The position numbers were made by a program, and so were the translations under genes. Shown here piece after piece: positions 37,139-45,751 of a stretch of DNA of 64,000 nt. The stretch spans positions 6,874-70,873 of the forward strand of contig JAYKGV010000061.1 of the NCBI GenBank assembly GCA_035285595.1, in the 5' to 3' direction. Source of the DNA: Candidatus Sericytochromatia bacterium (GTDB lineage: Bacteria; Cyanobacteriota; Sericytochromatia; S15B-MN24; VGJW01). The first letter of the stretch is position 1. The number at the start of each line of letters is the position of its first letter. The notes beneath the pieces were generated by a model. The model was not told the origin of the DNA, searched no databases, and saw only the letters and a program-made list of their open reading frames with translations.

Positions 37139-37885
37139 CTAGCTCTCTGGAGTTGGGGTCGGCGTGGGCTCGGGTGCCTCTGATGCCGGAGTGAGGGCGG
37201 CTTCCTCGGCAGACCTCACGGGAAACGCCTTGGTGGGGCTACCTTGCATCACTTTGCCGGCTGCGGTTCGCAGACGCAGATTGAGCCGTGCGCTCGTCGG
37301 CGGTGCCTCGTTCACATCGTCTGCGAGCGAGAACCAGAAAACGCCGCCGATGCTGCAACTGGATTCGGGCGTACCTGAGCACGGCTTCAGGGTCAAGGCA
37401 AAGGACTTGGAGGCGACGGCCGTCCAAGGGGAGGTGGCGATGATATCATCGGTAGCGGAAGGCGTGGTTTCCGTACTCAATTCGAGAACGACCGTAGCGG
37501 GGCTCTGCCCCTTGTGTTCGTAGTCGACCTCGTAACGCCACGCGTAGGTTCCGCCCGGCAGAAAGGGGCTCTGGGAGCGCGATGCGGGTTCTTCGCCCGC
37601 CACGGCTTCGACCAGGTCCGTCACAAGGTCAGGTGCTGCGGCTGGGACCAGGTCCGCCAGTCTGAACTCCGAAGGCTCACTGTCTGGGGCAGGGGACGCC
37701 ACCGCGACTTCCTGGCCGTCCTTGAGGGCCTTGAGTCTGAAGGTCCCTGCCGACTCACCCGCCTCAAGCTTGAGCTGGGTCCAACGCACCGGCGCTTCTG
37801 CCGCAGCCGCCGGGAGCAAACGTAAACCATCCCCCGAGGCACAGGCCGTCAGCAGCAACGAGAGACCCACACAGGCTCGACGCAT
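37139..37885 (-). CDS. Hypothetical lipoprotein
   Basis: Signal peptide with lipobox LLTACAS. Pro/Thr-rich C-terminus (PEPTPTPTPES). Confidence 0.55.
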   Translation of the reverse strand: MRRACVGLSLLLTACASGDGLRLLPAAAAEAPVRWTQLKLEAGESAGTFRLKALKDGQEVAVASPAPDSEPSEFRLADLVPAAAPDLVTDLVEAVAGEEPASRSQSPFLPGGTYAWRYEVDYEHKGQSPATVVLELSTETTPSATDDIIATSPWTAVASKSFALTLKPCSGTPESSCSIGGVFWFSLADDVNEAPPTSARLNLRLRTAAGKVMQGSPTKAFPVRSAEEAALTPASEAPEPTPTPTPES

Positions 37886-38014
37886 CCGTCAAGGCTCCTC
37901 AAAGGAAGATCCGATGGCCCCGACCAAGCAGAGGCCTCGCCCTTGCGTACCCTTTCGCCCACAGGCGATAACCTGTGTTTGTCCCGGGTGACCGAGGGGT
38001 ACGAGCAGCATGCC

Positions 38015-39640
38015 ATGAATCGCGCCATACGTCGTCTACTCGCATCGGGCGTGCTGCTGGCTGCCGTGCCTGCTCTGTCGCCGGTCCTGCCCGCGTCGGC
38101 TGCACCTCGAGCCCAGCCCGGGTTCTCCGATGTTCCCCCGGATCATTGGGCTGCCGAAGCCGTGCGCGACGTGGCCGTGAGGTCGCGTCTTATGCCCGCA
38201 GAGGGGGGAAGGTTTCGCGGCGAACTGCCCTTGACCCGTCTCGACCTCGCTCGAACCGTCGGGGCGTTCATTCGCGAGATTGAGGCCAAGTCCGGCAGGA
38301 AGCTGTCGGACAGTGCCGTCGCGTTCGTCTTCAACTTCGGGGACATCGATGAGGCTTCCTTAAGGAAGCAGGTCGAAGCTTTGGCCAACCAGTACAACCT
38401 TTTCGACTACGTCCCCGAGGTCGAGGTGTCGCGGTTCCAGCCTCGTCGGCCCGTGGTCCGGACCGAGCTTGCCGCCGTATTGGCCAAGATGGTCGACCTC
38501 CTGCAAAAGCAGGCCTTGCTTCCGCGGTCAACCGTGGTCGAACCGACCAATCCCTTCTCGGACCTGTCTCCCTTGGACAAGGGATACGATGCCGTCCTCG
38601 CGACCGTGGTCAAGTACCAGATCCTGACCGGCTATTCCGATGGCCTGTTCCGTGGGGATCGTGAGGTGACCCGCTATGAGTTTGCCAGTGCGGCGGCCAA
38701 GGCGTTCGATGCCTTGCGTGAGCAACTTTCGGGCAAGGTACGCTCGCGGCTGCCGGAACAATTGGTCAGAGATCCTGGACCACGTTGGCGGCGCGAAACA
38801 CCGTGGGCCGTCTCTCTGGGGGCCTTGGTTCCCACCTATTTCCGTCTGGCCGGAAATGGCGTGTCAATGGGGGTGGGTGCCGTGGCGGATCCCACGGCGG
38901 GACCCCGTTTGGATACGGGTGGTCTGGGTGTGCTGCTCGAAGTGAGTCAGACGCGTTATGGCAAGGGAGCGACCTGGGGCTCGCGCGCACCAGCCGTGTC
39001 TTTCACCGACTGGTTCGTCAATGCTGCTCCGATGCTCGCGGACAACGGAGCCTTCGCACTCGGTGGCTTGCGGCTCGGCTCCACGGGATCAAATTTGGGG
39101 GGCAACGGGCAGTTGCAGTTCTATGGGGGCCCGCTCCTTATGGGCCGCTTGGGCTGGGGCGGAAAGGTGGTGGGAGGAGGGTCCGCCGACCGTTCCAATC
39201 TGTCCACGGGATCGGACTTTGGTGCGGGCGGTGGTCTGCTGGGGGGCATGATGATGCATTTCGGTCTAGGGCCAGGCACGGGGCTGATGTTGCGAACCGA
39301 GCTCGGGCCGGCTGCCTTGGCCGGCAGCCAGACGCTCGTGGCCAATCCGGCCTTCGATGCCGCCTTGCCGACGTCGTTGGGGGGTGAAGCTGGCCAGTCG
39401 GGGGCCATTGTCCAAGCCGGTGCTTTGTCGGCAGACGGGACCGTGGCGGATCAAGCCGCTTCAGGGTTGCGAACCGCCGTCGGGGTGTATGGGCGTGGCG
39501 AGCTCGGACTGAGGCTGGGACCGGTCGAGCTTACCCTCTTCTCCCTCGTGCTGCCTGCGGGGTTCGTCGCCCCTGGCCGTACGGCGTCGGGCGGATTGGC
39601 CGATGTATCGGTAGGTGGTCGGTTTGGTGCGGCTTTCTGA
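38015..39640 (+). CDS. S-layer homology (SLH) domain protein with Gly-rich C-terminal region (possible envelope/outer-membrane anchor protein)
   Basis: Signal peptide MNRAIRRLLASGVLLAAVPALSPVLPASAAP. SLH motifs FSDVPPDHWAAEAV and FSDLSPLDKGYDAVLATVVKYQILTGYSDGLFRGDREVTRYEFA. Then about 280 aa rich in Gly and alternating hydrophobics. Confidence 0.75.
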   Translation: MNRAIRRLLASGVLLAAVPALSPVLPASAAPRAQPGFSDVPPDHWAAEAVRDVAVRSRLMPAEGGRFRGELPLTRLDLARTVGAFIREIEAKSGRKLSDSAVAFVFNFGDIDEASLRKQVEALANQYNLFDYVPEVEVSRFQPRRPVVRTELAAVLAKMVDLLQKQALLPRSTVVEPTNPFSDLSPLDKGYDAVLATVVKYQILTGYSDGLFRGDREVTRYEFASAAAKAFDALREQLSGKVRSRLPEQLVRDPGPRWRRETPWAVSLGALVPTYFRLAGNGVSMGVGAVADPTAGPRLDTGGLGVLLEVSQTRYGKGATWGSRAPAVSFTDWFVNAAPMLADNGAFALGGLRLGSTGSNLGGNGQLQFYGGPLLMGRLGWGGKVVGGGSADRSNLSTGSDFGAGGGLLGGMMMHFGLGPGTGLMLRTELGPAALAGSQTLVANPAFDAALPTSLGGEAGQSGAIVQAGALSADGTVADQAASGLRTAVGVYGRGELGLRLGPVELTLFSLVLPAGFVAPGRTASGGLADVSVGGRFGAAF

Positions 39641-39643
39641 GCC

Positions 39644-40309
39644 ATGACCGTTCCCGTGCCTGTGGTGCTGCCTCTGTTTCCTCTCAATCTTGTGCTCTTT
39701 CCGGGTGTCCCATTGCCCCTGCATATTTTCGAACCGCGCTACCGAAGGATGGTTGAGAATTGTCTGGAAAAGGGCCAGGGTTTCGTGGTGGCGCTGACCC
39801 GTGAGGACCCGGATCGAGAGGACGGGGCTCACGATTGGGCGACGGTGGCCAGCATAGAGGATAGCGTCAGGCTAGATGACGGACGCTACAACATTCTTAC
39901 GCTCGGGCAGTTTCGCGTTCGTGTGCTTCGTCAGGTCGAGGGTGCACCTTATCCACAGGCTCTGGTGGTGCCTGCCCCTGATCCCGAACCGCAGGTAGCT
40001 TCGGCGTGGTTGGAGTCACTTCACGCCACCTACCGGGAGTATGCAGGACTCCTGGGGCGCTTCGCTGCCGTGCCGCTGCCGGAGGTTCTGCCGGAAGACC
40101 CGGCACAGGCGACGTGGGTGGCCGCTTGGGCGCTGCACGTCGATCACGCTGACAAGCAACGCATGCTCGAGTGCCCTGGCGTCCCTGAGCGCGCGGAGAT
40201 GGTTCGGCGCAGGATGCTTGAGGAGCTTTCCCGCTTGCGGGACTTCGCCGCGGCGCTGGAAAACAACGGGTACTTCTTCCATCGGGGCATGCGCTTCTCG
40301 CGCAACTGA
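39644..40309 (+). CDS. LON substrate-binding (Lon N-terminal) domain protein
   Basis: PLFPLNLVLFPGVPLPLHIFEPRYRRM is characteristic of the Lon N-domain. Confidence 0.65.
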   Translation: MTVPVPVVLPLFPLNLVLFPGVPLPLHIFEPRYRRMVENCLEKGQGFVVALTREDPDREDGAHDWATVASIEDSVRLDDGRYNILTLGQFRVRVLRQVEGAPYPQALVVPAPDPEPQVASAWLESLHATYREYAGLLGRFAAVPLPEVLPEDPAQATWVAAWALHVDHADKQRMLECPGVPERAEMVRRRMLEELSRLRDFAAALENNGYFFHRGMRFSRN

Positions 40310-40389
40310 CCTTGAGGTGGCCCGCGCCTTGTGGGGCCGTCTGCCGGGAGCTAGGATGGAGTCGTCGGAACGCTTCGAGGAGGTGTGCA

Positions 40390-40725
40390 ATGGCTGGTAG
40401 GAACGGCTCCGGGGATTTGCTGGCAGGCTTTCTGCTTGGTGCGGTGGGCGGATTTCTCGCCGGTGTCGTGATGGCGCCGCAGTCGGGCAACCGGACGCGC
40501 GAGCAGGTCGCCGAGCAGATGGGAGACCTGCGGACCCGGACCCAGGAAGTACTTGACAAGGTTCGCGGCAATACCGAAGAAGTTCTGGATCAGGTCCGGG
40601 TCTCTCTGGATGCCAAGCTATCGACCATTCAGGGAGCGCTCGAAGAGGCCTATGAGGCAGGCCGCAAGGCCGCGGCCTACAAGCGTGAGGAACTTATCGA
40701 GGCGGAACCGGGCGTGCAAGGGTAA
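40390..40725 (+). CDS. YtxH-domain protein
   Basis: GFLLGAVGGFLAGVVMAPQSGNRTREQV... followed by a helical region, typical of YtxH/DUF948. Start at ATG 40390. Confidence 0.65.
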   Translation: MAGRNGSGDLLAGFLLGAVGGFLAGVVMAPQSGNRTREQVAEQMGDLRTRTQEVLDKVRGNTEEVLDQVRVSLDAKLSTIQGALEEAYEAGRKAAAYKREELIEAEPGVQG

Positions 40726-40777
40726 CGGAAGTCCCTGAGACTTGGGGGGTGGGTTTTCCCGCCCCCACGCAAAAGAA

Positions 40778-40808
40778 GGGGCGTCCCGCTTGCGGGATGC
40801 CCCTCTTT
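40778..40808. terminator. Bidirectional intrinsic terminator between convergent genes
   Basis: 10-bp GC-rich stem (GGGGCGTCCC / GGGATGCCCC with one G-U pair), flanked by AAAAGAA upstream and TCTTTC downstream. A second hairpin lies at 40745-40766 (GGGGGTGGG TTTT CCCGCCCCC). Confidence 0.55.
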
Positions 40809-40827
40809 CACCCCTAAGCCGGGTGGA

Positions 40828-42282
40828 TCAGGCTTTCAAGGGCACATGGGCCATGAAGTCTTCGGCAAACCGTGCGGCATAGCGGTTGACCAACTCTTCG
40901 ACCCGCCGGGGATCCTCGGAGCGGACAATGACTCCCGCGTGGTGCTTCTTCTTCTGCACCCAGACCACTTCCGGGTCATTGTAGGGGCTCATGTCAGGGG
41001 TTTCCTGCCGGGCAAGACACACGACAGCCCCTGCGTAGCCATTGCTGACCTTAGGTAGGACATAAGTGGACTGAGTTTCGATCTTGGCCCACTCAAACCA
41101 AAGACATACATCGGTGGCATACCAGGCCACGTCGGGAATCTTGGCCGCACCCACACGTGCCCCGGCCTCAAGGAAGTAGAAATTGCCGTCCTCGCGGCCC
41201 TTGATGTACTCGATATGGGTCACCCCACGCACCAGGCCCAGGCTGGCGACCACCTTCTTGTTGAGTTCGACGAGTGCTTCGTGGTCGGCCGATTCGCGGT
41301 CAATCGTCCGAGTCGTGAAGACACCACCGGACTTGTTGAGGTCCAGCATCGGCGTTCCATACCTCGACACGGAGGCAAAAACCACCTCCCGCTCCGAGAC
41401 CACCGAGTCTACGTGATAGACGTCGCCAGGAGTGTACTTCTCGAGGAGGTAGTGGGACTGCTTGTCGCCCAGGTCCATGATCTTTTTCCAGACGGCCTGA
41501 TCGTCGCGCAGTACCTCGATACCCATCGATGCAGCTTCCTGCCTTGGCTTGATGACCCAAGGTGCCGGCACCCGCTGCATGTATTGGTACACCTCGTCGT
41601 GGTTGAGAACGTGTACGAAATCCGGCACAGGAATGCCGTCTTCACGTGTCTTCATGCGCATGGCCAGCTTGTCCCGGAAGTAGCGCATCGTCGTCTCACC
41701 CATGCCGGGGACACGCATGTGCTCGCGCAGCATGCACGCGATCTCAACGTCGAAGTCACCCATAGGAACGATGCGGTCAATCTTCCGACGCTGCGAGATG
41801 TAGGCGATGACATTGCGAACCACCTTTTCGTCGAAGATGTCCGGAACCGCAATCACCTCTTCAAGAATGTCGCGAGGCCACTCGTCCTTCAGACGCTTTT
41901 CGCCCGTGAGGACGATGACCTTATGGCCGGCCTTGGCGGCCTCTTTCATGAAGGGGCGCCCCGAAACGACACACGCAATGCACAAGATGCGCTTGGGACC
42001 GTCGCCTTCGGCCAGGATGGCCTGCTGTTCGTCCGCTGCCGTGAGGTTCTTGGTCGAGCGAGCCTTGCGGGTCGTGACCCGGGCGTGAGTGTCTTGTACT
42101 GCTTCCGCAGGGCTTTCGGTCACGGTCGATGTCTTCCCCCGGGTCGCCTTCCGGGCAGGCTTGTGGTCTCCGGATCCAGGTGTGGCGTGCGCATCATCCG
42201 CCGCCGCAGGTACGGTGGCCATGAGCTCCGTTGCGGAGGCCTTGGCGGTTTTTTTGGCGGCAGGGGTTTTCTTCTTGTCCAA
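40828..42282 (-). CDS. ATP-grasp domain protein with Lys/Ala/Thr/Pro-rich N-terminal tail
   Basis: ATP-grasp fold over about 380 C-terminal aa (KRILCIACVVSG...; GVTHIEYIKGREDGNFYFLEAGARVGAAKIPD). N-terminal about 95 aa is basic low-complexity (DKKKTPAAKKTAKASATEL...). Start tentatively TTG 42280-42282 (GGAGAG 7 nt upstream); ATG at 42220-42222 is an alternative. Confidence 0.6.
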   Translation of the reverse strand: MDKKKTPAAKKTAKASATELMATVPAAADDAHATPGSGDHKPARKATRGKTSTVTESPAEAVQDTHARVTTRKARSTKNLTAADEQQAILAEGDGPKRILCIACVVSGRPFMKEAAKAGHKVIVLTGEKRLKDEWPRDILEEVIAVPDIFDEKVVRNVIAYISQRRKIDRIVPMGDFDVEIACMLREHMRVPGMGETTMRYFRDKLAMRMKTREDGIPVPDFVHVLNHDEVYQYMQRVPAPWVIKPRQEAASMGIEVLRDDQAVWKKIMDLGDKQSHYLLEKYTPGDVYHVDSVVSEREVVFASVSRYGTPMLDLNKSGGVFTTRTIDRESADHEALVELNKKVVASLGLVRGVTHIEYIKGREDGNFYFLEAGARVGAAKIPDVAWYATDVCLWFEWAKIETQSTYVLPKVSNGYAGAVVCLARQETPDMSPYNDPEVVWVQKKKHHAGVIVRSEDPRRVEELVNRYAARFAEDFMAHVPLKA

Positions 42283-42319
42283 GGAAGGTCTCTCCAATTC
42301 AGGAAGGGAAAATTCAGGG

Positions 42320-42772
42320 CTATCTGACGTCGAGCAGCTCGACGTCGAACACGAGGGTGGCGCGGGGGGGGATCGGACCCGTGCCACTTTCACCGTAGGC
42401 CATGGTGTGGGGGATGGTCAGCTTGCGCTTGCCTCCGACTTTCATGCCCTTCACGCCTTCATCCCAGCCCTTGATCACTTCGCCCACGCCAAGGACGAAC
42501 TCGAAAGGTTGCCGCCGATCGAGGGACGAGTCGAACTTCGCACCGTTTGTAAGCCGACCCGTGTAGTGCACCGAGACCCGCATCCCGGGACGTGCTTCCC
42601 TGCCCTTGCCCACGACCAGGTCCTTGATCTCGAGACCATCCGCGCGCTTGGCCGGGGCCTTGGTGGTCACGGCAGGCTTTCTGGCCGCGAGGGCCTGTTG
42701 TGCCGGTAGGAATCCAACTGCAAGGAACGCCAAGGCGAGCAGTCGATGGCCGGGCCTGCGGATGGGAAGCAA
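42320..42772 (-). CDS. FKBP-type peptidyl-prolyl cis-trans isomerase, secreted
   Basis: C-terminal FKBP domain (GMRVSVHYTGRLTNGAKFDSS...FEFVLGVGEVIKGWDEGVKGMKVGGKRKLTIP). Start tentatively TTG 42770-42772, giving signal peptide LLPIRRPGHRLLALAFLAVGFLPAQQALA. The 326-aa ORF-track version has an implausible N-terminus. Confidence 0.6.
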   Translation of the reverse strand: MLPIRRPGHRLLALAFLAVGFLPAQQALAARKPAVTTKAPAKRADGLEIKDLVVGKGREARPGMRVSVHYTGRLTNGAKFDSSLDRRQPFEFVLGVGEVIKGWDEGVKGMKVGGKRKLTIPHTMAYGESGTGPIPPRATLVFDVELLDVR

Positions 42773-43265
42773 GATGGTGGACCTCGCGTGGGGCCAGAGC
42801 CCCTGACAGGGGGGAACGCCCCAGTATACACCCCAGCATGGCGCGGCTCCGGATGACCGGAGCCGCACCTGGAACCTTGCTCGCTCGAGCCGGGCACATC
42901 CGGTCCCGAAGGCAAGTCGACATGGCACGTCGCCGCCGAGCCCAAGAGTGTCAGAGGGGAGACGTGCACGAACGGGATTTCTGGCCGTCGTGCCGTTCGG
43001 AGGCCGCCGATGGGGTGGGCGCGCCAAGGACAATCGGGGAGTCGAGAAAGGAGCCTGCGGTCCATGAGTCGTTCGGGATGCAGGCTGGCGCAGGTTCCTC
43101 GCGTCGTGACAGGACGAATGCCCCGTGGGTGCGTTCCCGCCGGCCATGATTTCCTCTGAATGTCGCCTGGAGTCTCCGCAAGGCGAAGGCTTCTGGCACC
43201 ATGGAACCAGGGGCCGCCTCTTTCTGACCCATTTCCCTGGTCCCGCTTGCCGACGAGGTCTCTCG

Positions 43266-44375
43266 ATGTCGATGACCCGCTCACTTGTGCCTGCGCACAT
43301 CGCCGCCTTGGTGCCCTATCAGCCGGGTCGGCCGATCGCGGAGGTCCAGCGAGAGCTCGGCCTCGACGACGTGGTCAAGCTCGCCAGTAACGAAAATCCA
43401 TGGGGTCCCTCGCCCAGAGCCCTCGAAGCGGCACGTTCGGCACTGGCGAATGTCCATCTCTATCCCGACGTGGCCTCGCGTGAACTGCGCGAGGCCTTGG
43501 CGCGCCGTTATGGCGTGGCCTTTGGGAATACCATCGTGGGGGCAGGCTCGGAAGGCATCATGGCGAGTGTCGTTCGGACCTTCTTGCACGGCGACGACGA
43601 GGTCCTGACCAGTGAAGGCACGTTCATCGGGTTCATGGTCCTCGCCCGGGCACAGGGCGTGCGTATAAGGACGGCACCCCTCAAGGATTGGGGATATGAC
43701 CTCGAGGCGCTTGCCGACGCGATTTCCTCGAGAACCAAGCTGATTTATCTCGCCAACCCCAACAATCCTACCGGCACGCTTTTCACCCGCGCCGAGTTCG
43801 AGAGGTTCTACCAACGGGTTCCTGCGCACGTGCTGATCATCCAGGACGAGGCCTATCACGAGTTCGTGCCCCCTTCGGACACCTATCCCGACAGTCAGCT
43901 CTATCGCTATGACAATGTCATCACGCTCAGGACATTTTCCAAGGCCCACGGCCTTGCTGGTTTGCGTGTGGGTTATGGTCTGGCCGCCGAAAGCCTTATC
44001 GAGCCGCTTTTGAAGGTCAAGTTGCCTTTCGAGCCGGGCACGGTCGCCACGGCGGCTGCGCTCGCGGCGCTCGAGGACACCGAGCATCTTGACCGGACCG
44101 TGGTCCAGAATCGTCTGGGCCTCGAACGGATGATGCTGGCTTTCAGGGATTTCGGACTCGACCCTGTGCCCAGCCATGGCAATTTCGCGATGGTGCCCAT
44201 GGGTAGTGCCGGACGGGCACAGAGGCTGACGGATGCTCTGTTGCGGATGGGACTCATCATTCGTCCTCTGGGGGCGTTCGGTCTTCCCGACTGTGTGCGG
44301 ATTTCCGTCGGTACGCCCGGAGAGGTCGATTGTCTCCTGGCAGCACTGCCCGATGCGCTAGCCGAGGCTTCTTGA
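43266..44375 (+). CDS. hisC: Histidinol-phosphate aminotransferase
   Basis: KLASNENPWGPSP, the PLP-lysine region (TFSKAHGLAGLRVGY) and overall class-II aminotransferase pattern. Start at ATG 43266 (MSMTRSL...). Confidence 0.85.
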   Translation: MSMTRSLVPAHIAALVPYQPGRPIAEVQRELGLDDVVKLASNENPWGPSPRALEAARSALANVHLYPDVASRELREALARRYGVAFGNTIVGAGSEGIMASVVRTFLHGDDEVLTSEGTFIGFMVLARAQGVRIRTAPLKDWGYDLEALADAISSRTKLIYLANPNNPTGTLFTRAEFERFYQRVPAHVLIIQDEAYHEFVPPSDTYPDSQLYRYDNVITLRTFSKAHGLAGLRVGYGLAAESLIEPLLKVKLPFEPGTVATAAALAALEDTEHLDRTVVQNRLGLERMMLAFRDFGLDPVPSHGNFAMVPMGSAGRAQRLTDALLRMGLIIRPLGAFGLPDCVRISVGTPGEVDCLLAALPDALAEAS

Positions 44376-44437
44376 AGGCCCGGGGCGGGCGGGTTATCCT
44401 GCGATTGGCGCCCTTGTGAGGGCATGGAAGGCCGTGA

Positions 44438-44956
44438 TTGTCCCTGTTCGTCCCTGATGGCTTTGCCGACGCGTTGGCCGAGGTCTCGGCGGCGTGGCTC
44501 GAGGCGCGCGGCGTCAGGGGAATTCTTCTCGATCTCGACGACACCCTGGTGCCTGCCGATGGTCAGGGCCTTGACCCTGCGGCGGCTGCCTGGGTGCGGG
44601 CTTTTCAGGAGAAAGGTGCCGTGGCGATCGTCTCGAACAACAGCCGTCTGGAGAGGGTGGCAGGAATCGCCCAGCTTCTGGACGTGCCCTACGTGCATCT
44701 TGCGCTGAAGCCCCTTCCCGCAGGTCTGCGCCGCGGCGTCAGGCTACTTGGCCTTTCGCCTCGCGAGGTCGCCGTGTTGGGTGATCAGATTTTCACCGAT
44801 GTGCTGGGTGGAAGATGGCTTGGCCTGCATACCGTCTTGGTCAGCCCCTTGTCCGGTCCACCCCGTCATCCCGTGCGTCGTGCCGTACGCTATCTCGAGC
44901 GCCGTCTTCTCGCGGCTGCCCCGTCGCCCCCTTCCCGAGCAGGAGGTCCCTCGTGA
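44438..44956 (+). CDS. HAD-IIIA family phosphatase (YqeG-like)
   Basis: ILLDLDDTL (DxD) motif I and conserved downstream HAD motifs. About 170 aa, typical of the YqeG family. Confidence 0.7.
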   Translation: MSLFVPDGFADALAEVSAAWLEARGVRGILLDLDDTLVPADGQGLDPAAAAWVRAFQEKGAVAIVSNNSRLERVAGIAQLLDVPYVHLALKPLPAGLRRGVRLLGLSPREVAVLGDQIFTDVLGGRWLGLHTVLVSPLSGPPRHPVRRAVRYLERRLLAAAPSPPSRAGGPS

Positions 44957-45750
44957 ACCCCTCGTCCACTCTTCCCGATGCCTTGGCCCGGCCCATCGCG
45001 GCGCTTGGCGGCATAGATCACGTCGTCGTGCTGGGCAGCGGCCTGAAGCTGCTCGAGGATCTTGAGGATGCCGTCCACGTAACGTATGGCGAGATCGAGG
45101 GTTGGTCCGACGCGACAGTGGCCGGTCATGCCGGCGTCCTGACGATCGGCCGCATCCCTGGGAGTGGCACCCGGATGTTGGTGGCCAGAGGCAGGCATCA
45201 CGTCTATGAAGGACATGGCGTCGCGGAGGCCACCCGAATTGCCCGCCTGGCCGCTGGACTGAAGGCCAGAGGGCTCGTGCTGACCAATGCTGCCGGTGGC
45301 TTGGTTGGCACGTGGAGTCCTGGGGACTTGATGCTGATTTCGGACCATATCAACCTCACCGGGCTCGCTGCGTGTGCTCCAGGTGAGGTCCCCAGGCATC
45401 GGCAGGTCTATGACCCTGGGTTGCGTGTGCGTTTGTTGGCTGCCGCGTTGCGGTCGGGCATCGTGGTGCGTGAAGGGGTCTACGTCGGCCTACTTGGGCC
45501 TAGTTACGAAACCGAGGCCGAGATTCGTTTCCTTCAGGCGATTGGTGGGCACGCCGTGGGCATGTCGACCGTGCTTGAAGCGGTGGCGGCTGCGGTCAGG
45601 GGGGTGCCGGTCCTGGGCCTGTCGTGTATCACGAACATCGCGGTTCGTCCGGAGGACCTGGCTGGGACGAGTCATCAGGATGTGGTGGATGTGGCGGGGG
45701 CGGCGTCGGAGCGCCTCGACGTGCTCCTCCGTCTGGCCCTGGAGGACTGA
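44953..45750 (+). CDS. Purine nucleoside phosphorylase
   Basis: PNP/MTAP family pattern (GSGL, HAGVLTIGR, RGRHHVYEG, SDHINLTG, GMSTVLE). GTG start at 44953 overlaps the upstream stop; AGGAGG lies 6 nt upstream. Confidence 0.8.
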   Translation: MNPSSTLPDALARPIAALGGIDHVVVLGSGLKLLEDLEDAVHVTYGEIEGWSDATVAGHAGVLTIGRIPGSGTRMLVARGRHHVYEGHGVAEATRIARLAAGLKARGLVLTNAAGGLVGTWSPGDLMLISDHINLTGLAACAPGEVPRHRQVYDPGLRVRLLAAALRSGIVVREGVYVGLLGPSYETEAEIRFLQAIGGHAVGMSTVLEAVAAAVRGVPVLGLSCITNIAVRPEDLAGTSHQDVVDVAGAASERLDVLLRLALED

Positions 45751-45751
45751 A

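Noticed and set aside
42773-43265. Tested the idea that the long gap upstream of hisC is RNase P RNA, tmRNA or SRP RNA.
   Set aside because: Conserved signature strings of these RNAs were not found on either strand by eye. Kept only as an unexplained-region finding.
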